A stretch of 64,000 bases of DNA from Candidatus Parcubacteria bacterium (GCA_026395685.1 JAPLYG010000005.1:4126-68125); one strand, 5' to 3'. Shown: positions 37,762-48,596, counted from the first letter of the stretch. Made by a program: numbers and translations. The notes: generated by a model not told the origin, from the letters alone.

Positions 37762-38397
37762 TTAATACATTATAATATCAAGATTATTACAAGAATCTGA
37801 CTTTTGGACAGTAAACTTTTCTATATTTTGTGTGTTGCTAAAATAATATAAAGATGATTCTGACCCAGGATAATAATAGCAGCCGAGAGAAATAAACTTT
37901 TCACCTTTAAGTTTAAATACTTTCATAACCCCTTCACCGCTACCTGCTCCATTTTGATCAACGATGCTTAAATATAATTGTCCGTCATCTAACCAGAGAT
38001 GATAGGGATTATTTTTTGCACTGGCAATTTTATCTACAATTTCTAAATATTTGCTCCAACTTGTATTACCCGCTTCAACCTTTAAAAGGCCGACAAACTG
38101 GGGTTTAAAATCTGCTGGAACATTCAATAAAACATTCATTGAACTCCGCATTACAAGGGCATAATAATCTTCATTTAATCTGAAAAATTTTTGAATTTGA
38201 CCCGCGTTAATATCCTCAGGCAAAGTAAAATTTGGATTATCTATTTCACGAAGTACAGGTTCGACTGGCGCGGGAATTACATTAGCAACATTATCATTAG
38301 TATTAGGAGCTATTATTATGCGGTCATTAGGCTTCAAACCGCAGGCTGAAAGGAAAATTAAAGCAAGGAGTGAAAATAACACAAAATACCTGGACAT
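37762..38397 (-). CDS. Hypothetical lipoprotein
   Basis: LSACGLKP lipobox. 211 aa. Confidence 0.45.
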   Translation of the reverse strand: MSRYFVLFSLLALIFLSACGLKPNDRIIIAPNTNDNVANVIPAPVEPVLREIDNPNFTLPEDINAGQIQKFFRLNEDYYALVMRSSMNVLLNVPADFKPQFVGLLKVEAGNTSWSKYLEIVDKIASAKNNPYHLWLDDGQLYLSIVDQNGAGSGEGVMKVFKLKGEKFISLGCYYYPGSESSLYYFSNTQNIEKFTVQKSDSCNNLDIIMY

Positions 38398-38419
38398 AAA
38401 ATTTAATTAATTTTTAAAT

Positions 38420-41272
38420 TTAATAATTTCCGACTACTGTTACCGTGATTGTATGAGAATAAACTCCCGCCTGAGTACTGCCGGCAATAGCAGCCAAATG
38501 GCAAATAGTAGTAATATCGTCAGATACCGGGCCGCTATCTTCAGCTACTACTGTATCAGTTTGCGATAATGCTTTTGCCGGACCATCAGTTGCATGCTGG
38601 CCATCATATGATTCACAATCGGCGGGATCAGGATCTGCAGGAATATAATATCCTGAAGTGCTAAAACTTTCGTCACTGGTGGCAAAGCCGTAAGATTCGC
38701 TTCCGGCTGAAACAGTGCCTATTCCTCCGCTTACAGCTGTAATAGTATTACTGCCACTACTCAAATCATTATCCTGCCTTATACTTGCCGCATAACCACC
38801 AGTCCCATTAGTATTAACGGTAATGTTATAACTGCAGGTATTTATATCAGTAGCAGACAAAATATCTAAATCACAACTATTCGATGATAAACTCATACTC
38901 AGTTCTGGATCAACGCTGCCGGTAAGAGTAATTTCCCCTGTAAGTCCCATATATACGCTAACATCATTTAAAACAGGAGTTTGAGTAACATCACTGGAAG
39001 TAAAATTTACCTTATACTGAATGTATCGTCCCTGATTATTGGTGATTTCACTGCCCGAAGCATTTGTCATTTCAGCAGACCAAGGACCCAGATTGTAATA
39101 TCCCTCAGGAAGTTCAATGTTTATCCAGTCAATTTCCAGCTTATCTGTTGGACCGCCTTCATCATGATTAAGTAAATATAAATCAAAGCCTATTTTATTG
39201 AATGATTCAGCGGCATCAGTCGTATATGAAATAGTAACAAATTCGTTTCTTGTATCAGTATATCCGGAATCATAATCCCAATCACCGGTAAACATATATA
39301 ATTCCGCAGTTGCCGGATCAGCCTCGGTTGTTACCTTGACTCTTGCTGTAATAGTCGAACCTCCGGGAAAATAATTTTCTGCTTGTCCGGTATCGATTTG
39401 AATGTAATAATCATCATATTCTGATTCTGGACCAGGATTTATAAAAGTTAAAATACCTCCCGGTTCAGTTGGCGGTAAGGGTTCAGTCGGATTTTCCGGA
39501 TCAGGATCAAAAATACCGCTACCCCATGCAGGAAAAGCAATTGTTCCGTCAATCACATTAGATACATCGCCATCATTAAAGTCATCACGCCAGTATGTTA
39601 ATGCTTCATTGGCTGTATGGACAAAAAAAGTTAAATCAGTATTGGCTGGCAAATTCTCAGTCCAGGCAATTGAACTGAATTTAGTTTCACTGCCAGCATC
39701 ATACACAGGCGAATAATATGTTCCGGAAGTATAATATTCTATTTTTGCTCCAAATTTCTGGGCGTAAATACCAGTTACTGTGTCTGTATCTTGCCAGACA
39801 GCGATAGTTCCGCCACTGCCATCAAATGCAATTGCAGGCGTAGGATACCAACTTGTGGTGGTAGCGACAGTAATTACTGTGCCGGAAGATGTCCATAGTG
39901 ATTGGAAATCACCTGCTATGGTGGAATTAATTTTTTGGGCAAAAACATAATGTTCGGTGATATAATTATATTCCCAGGCTAAAATAGCACCCTGATTATT
40001 GTCTGAAACAATATTAATTCCTGAATCAGAACCCTGTGCGGGTGCGACATTTTCGCCATTTACTCTCCAGGAAATACTGCCAGCTGAGTCGATTTTTTGC
40101 GCATAAAGACGGGAATTGGGAGGATTAGAATATATCCAGGCAATAATAGCTCCGCCAGAACCATCAGTTACCAATTTCTGTTTATACTTTTCTCCGCTGG
40201 CAATACTAATTGCCACTCCATTCGCAGTCCATTGAGGAGTACCTGAAGAATTGACTTTTTGAGCAAAAATATCACCGTTACTATTACGGAAATCTTCCCA
40301 AACAATAATTGCGCCATTTGAACCATCAGCAATAATTTGAGGTCCTTCCTGATTATTGGTTGTTGCAGAAATTGCCACGCCATTAGCAGTCCATTGCACT
40401 GTGCCGGAAGAATCTATTTTTTGCGCATAGACATCATAAGACGTACCGCTGCGATAATCATCCCAGGAAATTATTGCGCCATTTGAGCCATCACTAGCTA
40501 TTTCAGGATTTAACTGATGATTATTTGCTGTGCAAATGACCTTACCGTCTGTAGTCCACAATGATCTGCCCGCTGAATTTATTCGCTGGGCGTAAATATC
40601 TTCATTATCCCAATCACCGCTCCAGGTACTATTTCTGGTATCTACCCAGGTAATGATCGCCCCGCCAGAACCATCAGCAATAGCACTTAAATCACGCTGA
40701 TAAGAAGTAGCATCAGTTACCACGATTCCATTACTAGTCCATTGTACTGTTCCAGCTGAATTTATCCTCTGAGCATAGATATCCTGTTCTCCGCCCCTGG
40801 TATCCACCCAGGTAATAATGGCTCCGCCAAAACCGTCAGTTACAATTCTTAAATCTGACTGAGTGCCTGAAGCATTACTAATAACAACGCCATTACTTGC
40901 CCATAAAGCAGTGCCTGAAGAATTTACTTTTTGGGCGTAAATATCAGTGCTTATTGCGCTACGGTTATCCTGCCAGGCAATTATTGCCCCGCCCTCATTA
41001 TCAGCTACAATTTTAGCCAATTGCCTACTTTCATCTTCTTCAGCAATAACAGTATCGGTAACCCATTTATTTTCTCCAACATTTGTAGGATAACCCATTG
41101 TTAATTGACCTGCTGAGCTGGTAGAATCTACATCAAGCAATAAACCAGACTGAAAGTCGGACTGACTTGTTTGCACCCAGGAAATATCTGCCCAGCTAGG
41201 TTTAGCCAAAAATAAAAAAAATAAAAAAATTACTAAGATAATTATCCTTAAATTGAAAAAGTTTAATTTCAT
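38420..41272 (-). CDS. Giant secreted surface protein with ~9 tandem ~45-aa beta-propeller-like repeats
   Basis: Signal peptide. Repeats of GGAII(A/V)W.D.R....DIYAQK(I/V)NS(S/A)GT.QWT.NGV. 950 aa. C-terminal Ser/Thr/Gly-rich region. Confidence 0.55.
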   Translation of the reverse strand: MKLNFFNLRIIILVIFLFFLFLAKPSWADISWVQTSQSDFQSGLLLDVDSTSSAGQLTMGYPTNVGENKWVTDTVIAEEDESRQLAKIVADNEGGAIIAWQDNRSAISTDIYAQKVNSSGTALWASNGVVISNASGTQSDLRIVTDGFGGAIITWVDTRGGEQDIYAQRINSAGTVQWTSNGIVVTDATSYQRDLSAIADGSGGAIITWVDTRNSTWSGDWDNEDIYAQRINSAGRSLWTTDGKVICTANNHQLNPEIASDGSNGAIISWDDYRSGTSYDVYAQKIDSSGTVQWTANGVAISATTNNQEGPQIIADGSNGAIIVWEDFRNSNGDIFAQKVNSSGTPQWTANGVAISIASGEKYKQKLVTDGSGGAIIAWIYSNPPNSRLYAQKIDSAGSISWRVNGENVAPAQGSDSGINIVSDNNQGAILAWEYNYITEHYVFAQKINSTIAGDFQSLWTSSGTVITVATTTSWYPTPAIAFDGSGGTIAVWQDTDTVTGIYAQKFGAKIEYYTSGTYYSPVYDAGSETKFSSIAWTENLPANTDLTFFVHTANEALTYWRDDFNDGDVSNVIDGTIAFPAWGSGIFDPDPENPTEPLPPTEPGGILTFINPGPESEYDDYYIQIDTGQAENYFPGGSTITARVKVTTEADPATAELYMFTGDWDYDSGYTDTRNEFVTISYTTDAAESFNKIGFDLYLLNHDEGGPTDKLEIDWINIELPEGYYNLGPWSAEMTNASGSEITNNQGRYIQYKVNFTSSDVTQTPVLNDVSVYMGLTGEITLTGSVDPELSMSLSSNSCDLDILSATDINTCSYNITVNTNGTGGYAASIRQDNDLSSGSNTITAVSGGIGTVSAGSESYGFATSDESFSTSGYYIPADPDPADCESYDGQHATDGPAKALSQTDTVVAEDSGPVSDDITTICHLAAIAGSTQAGVYSHTITVTVVGNY

Positions 41273-41396
41273 AAATTGATATCAAATTTGTAAACAATAT
41301 AATACAGTCTTTATTATATCAATTTATTGTTATCCAAGCCATATATTTTAGGCTAAAATTGGGGATAACTTTTTATTCATCAAAAAGACAAAAAAT

Positions 41397-41648
41397 TCAA
41401 TTCCAAGCATTTTTAATTAATTTTAGTTTTTCTTGCCGCGATAATTTCTTTATCTGGGCTTCTGCTTTTGAGGCTGTTGAACGTGTACGATATTTTTTAT
41501 TATAAACCAGCTTAACCGGCCGACGACTGCGCGTATATTTGGCGCCCAGGTTGGAAGTATTGTGTTCCTTTAGTCGTCTATTTAAATCCACGCAAATACC
41601 AGTATATAAAGTTTTATCTCTACATTTGAGAATATATAGATAATACAT
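41397..41648 (-). CDS. GIY-YIG nuclease family protein (UPF0213-like)
   Basis: MYYLYILKCRDKTLYTGICVDLNRRLKEHN...GAKYTRSRRPVKLVY. Confidence 0.75.
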   Translation of the reverse strand: MYYLYILKCRDKTLYTGICVDLNRRLKEHNTSNLGAKYTRSRRPVKLVYNKKYRTRSTASKAEAQIKKLSRQEKLKLIKNAWN

Positions 41649-41650
41649 AA

Positions 41651-42115
41651 TTAAGCTTTCTTTAAATCAATTAAATGCTGATACTGCCAATCTCTTTCCT
41701 TGGCCACTTTATTTTCAACATCAGCAGATTTTGTAGCTCTATAAATTGCCTGCTGAGCATAGACAGCAGAACCATAAGCATGTCTAGGGACATGGGCTGT
41801 TGCCACTGCCTGGCCACAAGCGCGGGCTGTTGAGCGGGCAGGATTATCTTCACCCACTTCCCTGGCAGCTGCATGCGCATCAAGCGAAGCTTTACGAATA
41901 ATCTCCATTTTAAAAATTCCGGTTTGTAACCATTTTTGAAGTGTTTTAAGCGCTTGGCGAGGACGCTGATCTTTGGGATTTTTTTTCTCAAAATAAGGCA
42001 AAACGCGCTTGGCGCAATCTATTGCCCAAACAGCCAATGTTTTTTTATCAGTATTTTTAATGAGACTCAACATTTCCTCGTCTTTGTGCGCTAGAGAGAA
42101 TTTTAGATTTTTCAT
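41651..42115 (-). CDS. Conserved all-alpha hypothetical protein (possibly Imm5-like immunity-protein family)
   Basis: AVWAIDCAKRVLPYFE...DQRPRQALKTLQKWLQTG...DAHAAAREV...ARACGQAVATAHVPRHAYGSAVYAQQAI. Confidence 0.3.
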   Translation of the reverse strand: MKNLKFSLAHKDEEMLSLIKNTDKKTLAVWAIDCAKRVLPYFEKKNPKDQRPRQALKTLQKWLQTGIFKMEIIRKASLDAHAAAREVGEDNPARSTARACGQAVATAHVPRHAYGSAVYAQQAIYRATKSADVENKVAKERDWQYQHLIDLKKA

Positions 42116-42703
42116 TTATGCAGATAGAGTTTTCTTTAATATATACTTCTTAAAAACGTAGCTGGAAAGCAAAATATTTATAATCACAAGGTAAACCGGA
42201 AACGCAACTGAGCTAAAATTCCAAACTGTAATTGCCGCAAAACTGGTTGATGAGTTTAAAAGTCCGGTGATATAAGGTGTTACTGTTTCGGTTTTTGGAT
42301 ATTTCCAGGATTTTATAATCGTTGGAACAGCGGCAAACCCATCGGAAGCAATAGCAAAGATTATGGCAATTGACGGCTCTTTAGTTATTCCCCAAAGGAT
42401 TAAAGCTAAGATTGAACAAAGACCGCAAATATAATCAAACTTTTCCAGTTTCCAATAAGAATTTTTATTTATGAATGAGGCCAGAAAAACCAAAAATGGT
42501 CCGAAACCGGACATAAACACAGGCAAAACAGACCATCTTACGCCGGCACTAAGCGCAGCAAAAGTGGCAATCATTGGCGCTACAGACCACAAAAGCCAGG
42601 TTACACGATTAGGTTTGGTGCTACCCGTGAGAGTTTCTTTAATATAAGAAGCTATACCGGCCAATTGTATTATGGCTCCGACTATGACCAGATATTGAAG
42701 CAT
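42116..42703 (-). CDS. Hypothetical polytopic membrane protein
   Basis: Start at MLQYLVIVGAII (ORF-track N-terminal extension overlaps the tRNA). ~6 TM helices. Confidence 0.45.
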   Translation of the reverse strand: MLQYLVIVGAIIQLAGIASYIKETLTGSTKPNRVTWLLWSVAPMIATFAALSAGVRWSVLPVFMSGFGPFLVFLASFINKNSYWKLEKFDYICGLCSILALILWGITKEPSIAIIFAIASDGFAAVPTIIKSWKYPKTETVTPYITGLLNSSTSFAAITVWNFSSVAFPVYLVIINILLSSYVFKKYILKKTLSA

Positions 42704-42727
42704 AATTTTTTTAAAGAAGTAAAAATG

Positions 42728-42814
42728 CGGAGAGTGAGGGATTCGAACCCTCGAGGGTCTTTCAACCCAACAGACTTTCCAGGCCTGCGCCATAAACCGC
42801 TAGGCGAACTCTCC
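42728..42814 (-). tRNA. tRNA-Ser (anticodon GGA), class II, no encoded CCA
   Basis: Reverse complement GGAGAGUUCGCCUAGCGGUUUAUGGCGCAGGCCUGGAAAGUCUGUUGGGUUGAAAGACCCUCGAGGGUUCGAAUCCCUCACUCUCCG. Anticodon stem CAGGC/GUCUG with loop CU-GGA-AA. Long variable arm. G73. Confidence 0.85.
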
Positions 42815-42817
42815 ACG

Positions 42818-43489
42818 TTATATCCTTTTAAATTCAAAAACAAATAATTTAAATCTGAGTTTTGGGTGTGTTTTAGTAAAAACTTTTACCAATCTGAATC
42901 CATTTTTAGCCGCTAATATAAATGGCAAATCAACATCAATATCTCCAAAATTTGCCCAACCAAAATATATTCGTCCATTTGGCTTTAGAAATTTTCCAAC
43001 ACCATTAAAAAATCTATTTTTCATTTTATCTTGAGGATCCCAAAACATCCTATCTATATCGTCTTTGGCTGTATGTTTAGTATAAGGCGGATTGCATATT
43101 ATGACATCATATTTGCCCTTTACTTTGGAAAAAACATCTGATTTATAGAAAACAACATTTTTTGTATTAAATATTCTTGCATTATGCTTGCTGTTTACAA
43201 CAGCTCTCACATTTATATCTACGCCGACACCGCTTTTAGCTTTTTTGCCAATAATAAGCGATACGATTCCTGTTCCGCAGCCAATTTCCAAAAAATTTTC
43301 TGACTTAGATATTTGTACGGATTTTGCCATTAATTCAGAATCATAGGAAGTGCCAAATACTCCCGGATAAACCATTATTTTAAAGCCGCAACAATATTTT
43401 TCTTGCATCCCTGCTTTATGCCTTTCTTCTAAACTAATACGCTGCCTGGGAATTGATTGAAAATCGCTTTTTGTAATTATATTTCTCAT
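42818..43489 (-). CDS. Class I SAM-dependent methyltransferase with NPPY motif (HemK/RsmC-like small MTase domain)
   Basis: LEIGCGTGIVS and DVIICNPPY. Confidence 0.65.
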   Translation of the reverse strand: MRNIITKSDFQSIPRQRISLEERHKAGMQEKYCCGFKIMVYPGVFGTSYDSELMAKSVQISKSENFLEIGCGTGIVSLIIGKKAKSGVGVDINVRAVVNSKHNARIFNTKNVVFYKSDVFSKVKGKYDVIICNPPYTKHTAKDDIDRMFWDPQDKMKNRFFNGVGKFLKPNGRIYFGWANFGDIDVDLPFILAAKNGFRLVKVFTKTHPKLRFKLFVFEFKRI

Positions 43490-43523
43490 AATGTTTTCAA
43501 AAATAAACCGTGTAATTATATTA

Positions 43524-45053
43524 CTACTTTGTCAGCACATAATCAAGTATCATGCGGTCTGTCAGATATTCTATCGGCGCCTTATCATCTGTTAAATAAC
43601 CAAAATTATTGTCATATTTTATTTCCTGAAATTTTTTTGCAGCTAATTTACAGACAAGTTCAAGTTCATCATGACAATTATTCATTAAATTTAACTTTTC
43701 CGGCAATAAATCATTGTCCGAAGCCAAAACCATAAAATTCCAGCTGTCTGACGACTGACGCACCAAATAAACATGTTTAAAATCCAAAAGCATGGTATTG
43801 GTTATATTTTTCAGTAATTTAGAATCAAATGAAGTGGCATTTACGTTCATTGCTACGATTCCCCTATCCTGGAGATGACCTTTAATTTTTTGAAAAAACT
43901 CTCTGGTCGCCAGATGAAAGGAAATATATATCTGATTGGAATAAACATCAATAATTATGGAATTATACTTTTTATCAGTTGAATCCAAATAGCTGCGGCC
44001 ATCGTAATTGTAAACAGTCAGGGAAGGATTTTCCAAGCCGAAATATTTTTTTGCAGTGGCAATGATTTTCGGATCAATTTCCACACCGTCAATTTTTAAT
44101 ACATGATCCTGACTAAAAAAATAATGCAGTTGCGTACTGATGGTTCCGCCTGCCAGACCTAAAATCAAGATATCCTGCTTCTTTTCATTACCGTTGAAAT
44201 ACGGCACTAAATTGTAAAGATCAAAATATGAATCAGTTAAAATACCCTCTCTATTTATGGTGGAAAAAATACCGAGTCCTTCATTAATCAATAAATTTCG
44301 TAAATTCTGGTCATCCACAACCTGAAAATACTGATAAACAGACTCATCTTCAAAGACAGCACCCTGGGCTTGCTTATATAACGGCATTTTCAGGCTTAAA
44401 ATCGGCAAAAGAAGCAGAAAAAATAGCAAAAAAATCTTTTTATTCAATAATCCGATTAAAGCGATAAAAAACAGAATTAAACTGAAAATTACCATAGTCA
44501 GCCTTGTACCCCAAAGCGGTATAAAAACAAGCATGGGTAAAAATGTGCCTAAAATGCTTCCCATTGTAGAAACGCAAAAAACCAGACCGCTGGTAGTACC
44601 TATCCCCTTTTCAATTTCTGAAAGCAGTTTGATTATAAAGGGACTGACTGCGCCCAAGAGAAAAATCGGCAAAATGAACAAGATACTTACAGAAATTAAG
44701 GATCCAACAAAAATATAAAATGCTGAGGAATTTATGGAGATCAGCGCCTGATTTATTATATTAATCAAGAAGGAGGCAGCATATGGAATAAACAGCAACA
44801 AGATACAGGCTGTTAAAATTATTTTGGTTAAAAATTTTAAATCGGGATACTTATCGGCAAATTTACCTCCAAAATAATAACCCAAAGCTAAAGCTATCAT
44901 TATTACGCCAATAATATTGGTCCAGATAAAAGAAGAGGTACCGTAATATGGCGCCAATAGACGCGAAGCAGATATTTCCACAGCCATAATGGTCAGTCCG
45001 CTGGTAAAGGCCAGAATCAAAAGATAAATTTTTTTATATTTCGCAGATAACAT
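43524..45053 (-). CDS. Spermidine-synthase-like protein fused to N-terminal multi-TM domain
   Basis: ~8 TM helices, then ILILGLAGGTISTQL...GVEIDPKIIATAKKYF (spermidine synthase/MTase fold). Confidence 0.65.
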   Translation of the reverse strand: MLSAKYKKIYLLILAFTSGLTIMAVEISASRLLAPYYGTSSFIWTNIIGVIMIALALGYYFGGKFADKYPDLKFLTKIILTACILLLFIPYAASFLINIINQALISINSSAFYIFVGSLISVSILFILPIFLLGAVSPFIIKLLSEIEKGIGTTSGLVFCVSTMGSILGTFLPMLVFIPLWGTRLTMVIFSLILFFIALIGLLNKKIFLLFFLLLLPILSLKMPLYKQAQGAVFEDESVYQYFQVVDDQNLRNLLINEGLGIFSTINREGILTDSYFDLYNLVPYFNGNEKKQDILILGLAGGTISTQLHYFFSQDHVLKIDGVEIDPKIIATAKKYFGLENPSLTVYNYDGRSYLDSTDKKYNSIIIDVYSNQIYISFHLATREFFQKIKGHLQDRGIVAMNVNATSFDSKLLKNITNTMLLDFKHVYLVRQSSDSWNFMVLASDNDLLPEKLNLMNNCHDELELVCKLAAKKFQEIKYDNNFGYLTDDKAPIEYLTDRMILDYVLTK

Positions 45054-45137
45054 AGTTTAATCTTATAATGATTATCAATCTTCTGCAAATACAAAAGAGC
45101 TTTATCCAAGCCCTTTTGTTATCATATAATCTTGATA

Positions 45138-46109
45138 TTAATTTCCACAACTTGCACTGGCTGAAGTGTCAGTTGCTGCGGCTGCTTCATAGCCAAATCC
45201 AGCGGATGGAGCAGTTGCAGACAATTGTGTTTTGCATTCTTCCGGTTGAGTATTAAAGGCGTTGCAAATAGTGCTTAACAAACTTGCAGAATCTCGGCCT
45301 GCCTCTGCTTGTGCGCCATTAATTACCAAAGTCGGAGAACCCTGAACACTATACTTGGTATTATCATCCTTATAAACATCAAATATCGGGTATTGGCCGC
45401 TTAACCAGGTAGTTTTATCTTTAAAGCTTGCCATTACTTTATATTCATTGTCTGTTTTGCTAATGCAATTTTTTAATGATGTTTCGTCTATGCTAACCTG
45501 TTTGCGGCATTCTTCACTCTTGCCTTCGCCCAAGAAGCATTTTAAATAACTAATAAACTTGTCATTCTGGGTGGTCTTAATGCAATGTTGCGCCAATTCT
45601 TCCTGAAGTTCTTTTTCGCCATGCATGGCATAATCACAGAATTTAACTTCAAAATCAATTTTATCTTTTAAAGTTTCAGCTACCGGAATTATGCCCTTTT
45701 CTATTTGAGTGCCGTATGGGCAATGTGACATTACAAACAATTCAACTTTTGGCTTATCAGATTTAGTCACTTCTGTTGCAGGTGCAGTAGTACCGCTTGC
45801 TTTTTCCTTTTCTATTTCCGCAATATTGTAGGCTTGCGGAAAAAACTGAGTACCATCCTTGGTCATATAAGAATCATACTTTTGACCGCTAAAGTTGACA
45901 ACAACTTTATAAAGTCCGTTTTCTTCCACGACATCTTCAATTGTTATGGTCGTGCCCGGTTGAACCAAATTTTCATTAACAAATTTTTCAGCTTTTGCTT
46001 TGGCTTCCTCCGGAGTTAAAACCTTTGATACCTTCAATAGATCCAAAGCATTACATCCTGTTAAGGTAAACGCCGCTAAAAGAGCGATACCCAATAAATA
46101 CTTTTTCAT
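45138..46109 (-). CDS. DsbA-like thioredoxin-fold lipoprotein (degenerate CxxG active site), in copper cluster
   Basis: LTGCNA lipobox. MSHCPYGTQ. GSPTLVINGAQ (DsbA-like cis-Pro region). Confidence 0.45.
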   Translation of the reverse strand: MKKYLLGIALLAAFTLTGCNALDLLKVSKVLTPEEAKAKAEKFVNENLVQPGTTITIEDVVEENGLYKVVVNFSGQKYDSYMTKDGTQFFPQAYNIAEIEKEKASGTTAPATEVTKSDKPKVELFVMSHCPYGTQIEKGIIPVAETLKDKIDFEVKFCDYAMHGEKELQEELAQHCIKTTQNDKFISYLKCFLGEGKSEECRKQVSIDETSLKNCISKTDNEYKVMASFKDKTTWLSGQYPIFDVYKDDNTKYSVQGSPTLVINGAQAEAGRDSASLLSTICNAFNTQPEECKTQLSATAPSAGFGYEAAAATDTSASASCGN

Positions 46110-46183
46110 ACTCCTATGAATTTAATTATTATTAAAGATGATATTATTTTAACGCAAAACAAATTTTATCGCAAGAGGATAAG

Positions 46184-48460
46184 CTAGATCTTTGCCTTTT
46201 TGAGCCTTAGGGAGTTTAAAACTACAAATAAGGAGCTAAAAGCCATGGCACCGGCTGCGATCATTGGTGAAAGGAGAATTCCCCTCAAAGGGTATAAAAT
46301 GCCTGCGGCAATTGGGATTCCAATAATATTATAAATAAAAGCCCAGAACAAGTTTCCCTTAATAGTTTTTAGGGTTTTTTTGCTTAGATTAAAGCTTTTC
46401 GCTACTTTACTGATATCCCCGGCTAAAATAATAATATCGGCTGCTTCAATCGCCACATCAGATCCCGTACCCATGGCAATTCCTATATTAGCCTGAGTCA
46501 AAGCTGGCGCATCATTAATGCCGTCACCCACCATGGCGACTTTATAGCCCTGAGACTGCAAATCTTTAACTTTGGCGAGCTTATCTTCGGGTTTAACCCT
46601 GCCTTGCCAATCATGTATATTCAGTAACGTAGCAATTACCTCAGCAGTCCTGATATTATCCCCGGTCATTAAAATTGGCTTGATATTTAATCTAGCCAAT
46701 TGCCTCAATGCTTTTGGCGCTTCATCTTTAATTGGATCTGCTAAAGCAATATAACCCAGGTATTTTTCTGAATCGCCTAATAGTAATACGGTTTGGGCGT
46801 TATTTTCTTGCACTGCCACTTCAATTAATTGGCCGTCGCTCAGTACTATTCCATTTTTCTTTAATAAATCATGATTACCCAAGAAGTAAACTTTATTCTT
46901 TATTTTTCCAGTAACCCCCTGCCCTATTTGGGCCTGAAAATTTGTAACTTTGGCTAGATCAAATTTATACTGATTGGCTTTCTCAATAACCGCTTTAGCC
47001 AAGGGATGTTCTGATTTATTTTCTAATGCTGCCGCTATTTTTAAAACATCTTCGGAAGTAAAATTAAGGACCTGAGGCTCACCCTTGGTCAAAGTGCCTG
47101 TTTTATCAAAAATGACATAATCAATTTTTTGCATTTTTTCCAAAGCTTCAGCGTTTTTTATTAAAATTCCTTCTTCTGCACCTTTGCCGGTGCCCACTAA
47201 AATAGCAGTCGGAGTGGCTAAACCCAAGGCGCAAGGGCAGGCAATAATAAGAACTGTAACCGCTATAATTAAGGCAAAAATAAAATTATGAAGCGCCAAA
47301 AACCACACGAGGAAACTGATTATACTGATTAAAATTACTATTGGTACAAAATAACTGGCCACAAAATCGGCTAAGCGCTGAATCGGCGCTTTGCTTGCCT
47401 GAGCATCTTCAACCAATTTTATAATCTGGGCCAAGGCTGTTTCAGTTCCGACTTTTTCGGCAATAAAAGTCAAAGTGCCAAATTTATTTATTGTCCCGCC
47501 GATTATTTTATCACCGGGCTTTTTATCTATCGGCAAACTTTCACCGGTAATCATGCTTTCATCAATGGCTGATTCACCATCGGTAATTACACCGTCAACA
47601 GGAATTTTCTCGCCCGGCCTGACAATAATCGCATTCCCGACTTTAACTTTTTCTATTGATATTTCCTCCTCTTTATCGTTTATTAAAATATGAGCGGTTT
47701 TAGCCTGTAATTTAATGAGACGCTTAATGCTTTCTGAGGCTTTGCCTTTAGCACGCGCCTCTAAATATTTGCCCAAGATAATAAGAGTTAAAATTGTAAT
47801 TGCGGAATCAAAATATACTTCAGGGTTTTGACCGGCGTTTATAATAAGCTGGGGAAATAATGTGGCAATGACAGAATAGCCATAGGCGGCAGAGGTACCA
47901 ACTGCAATTAAGGTATCCATATTAGCCGAAAAATGTTTTAAACCTGACCAGGTACTTCTATAAAATTGAGATCCCAGCCAAATCTGTATCAATGTTGCCA
48001 TTAATAATAAAATCCCGTAAACAAGCTGCCTATCCCAATTTTTTAGGCCGGGTATTAACAAATAATTGCTTAAAATCATTGCTAATACGGAAAAAATTAT
48101 ACCTACAATAAATTTTATCTTTAACTTTTGAATTTCCTGTTCTTTAAGCATTTTGGCATGATCATGTCCGGACATTGCCATTTCATCCTTGCCCCGAATC
48201 TCATTTTCATCAATCAGCTCAAAATTGCCGACACTGCTTGCCGCCTTTTGTAATTTTGCAGTATCCAAATCACTTTCATATTCCACTGTCGCCTTTTCCG
48301 TAGCGTAATTGACTACAGCTTTTTTCACGCCAACAACCTTGTTTAATTTCTTTTCAATATTAATGGCACAGGAAGCACAATCCATGCCCTGGACAAAATA
48401 TGTTTTCTTGATTAGTTTTAATTTGGTCATATTGTTTCTATTATAACATTTATCCGACAT
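46184..48460 (-). CDS. copA: Copper-translocating P1B-type ATPase
   Basis: N-terminal HMA GMDCASCAINIEKKL. CPC motif IIACPCALGLATP. DKTGTLT. GDGINDAPAL. Confidence 0.9.
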   Translation of the reverse strand: MSDKCYNRNNMTKLKLIKKTYFVQGMDCASCAINIEKKLNKVVGVKKAVVNYATEKATVEYESDLDTAKLQKAASSVGNFELIDENEIRGKDEMAMSGHDHAKMLKEQEIQKLKIKFIVGIIFSVLAMILSNYLLIPGLKNWDRQLVYGILLLMATLIQIWLGSQFYRSTWSGLKHFSANMDTLIAVGTSAAYGYSVIATLFPQLIINAGQNPEVYFDSAITILTLIILGKYLEARAKGKASESIKRLIKLQAKTAHILINDKEEEISIEKVKVGNAIIVRPGEKIPVDGVITDGESAIDESMITGESLPIDKKPGDKIIGGTINKFGTLTFIAEKVGTETALAQIIKLVEDAQASKAPIQRLADFVASYFVPIVILISIISFLVWFLALHNFIFALIIAVTVLIIACPCALGLATPTAILVGTGKGAEEGILIKNAEALEKMQKIDYVIFDKTGTLTKGEPQVLNFTSEDVLKIAAALENKSEHPLAKAVIEKANQYKFDLAKVTNFQAQIGQGVTGKIKNKVYFLGNHDLLKKNGIVLSDGQLIEVAVQENNAQTVLLLGDSEKYLGYIALADPIKDEAPKALRQLARLNIKPILMTGDNIRTAEVIATLLNIHDWQGRVKPEDKLAKVKDLQSQGYKVAMVGDGINDAPALTQANIGIAMGTGSDVAIEAADIIILAGDISKVAKSFNLSKKTLKTIKGNLFWAFIYNIIGIPIAAGILYPLRGILLSPMIAAGAMAFSSLFVVLNSLRLKKAKI

Positions 48461-48596
48461 TTTGGTTAATAGTTAAATAGTACTAAATATTTATTGGTTA
48501 AGGTTAAGAGGCAAGTAAGTCTAAAGTGTTTAGTTTAAGTAAAAAACATTACCTTAACACTATTTACCTACCAGCATCTTCACCATTACACTTAAC

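Noticed and set aside
32284-42814. Either tRNA being tRNA-Sec, or carrying an intron
   Set aside because: Both have long variable arms, but the anticodons are CGA and GGA (Ser), the discriminator is G73 with standard 7-bp acceptor stems, and the folds are continuous canonical cloverleafs.
41397-42814. A bona fide integrative element at tRNA-Ser(GGA)
   Set aside because: No integrase or recombinase, and no direct repeat of the tRNA 3' end found by eye. Kept only as a low-interest observation.
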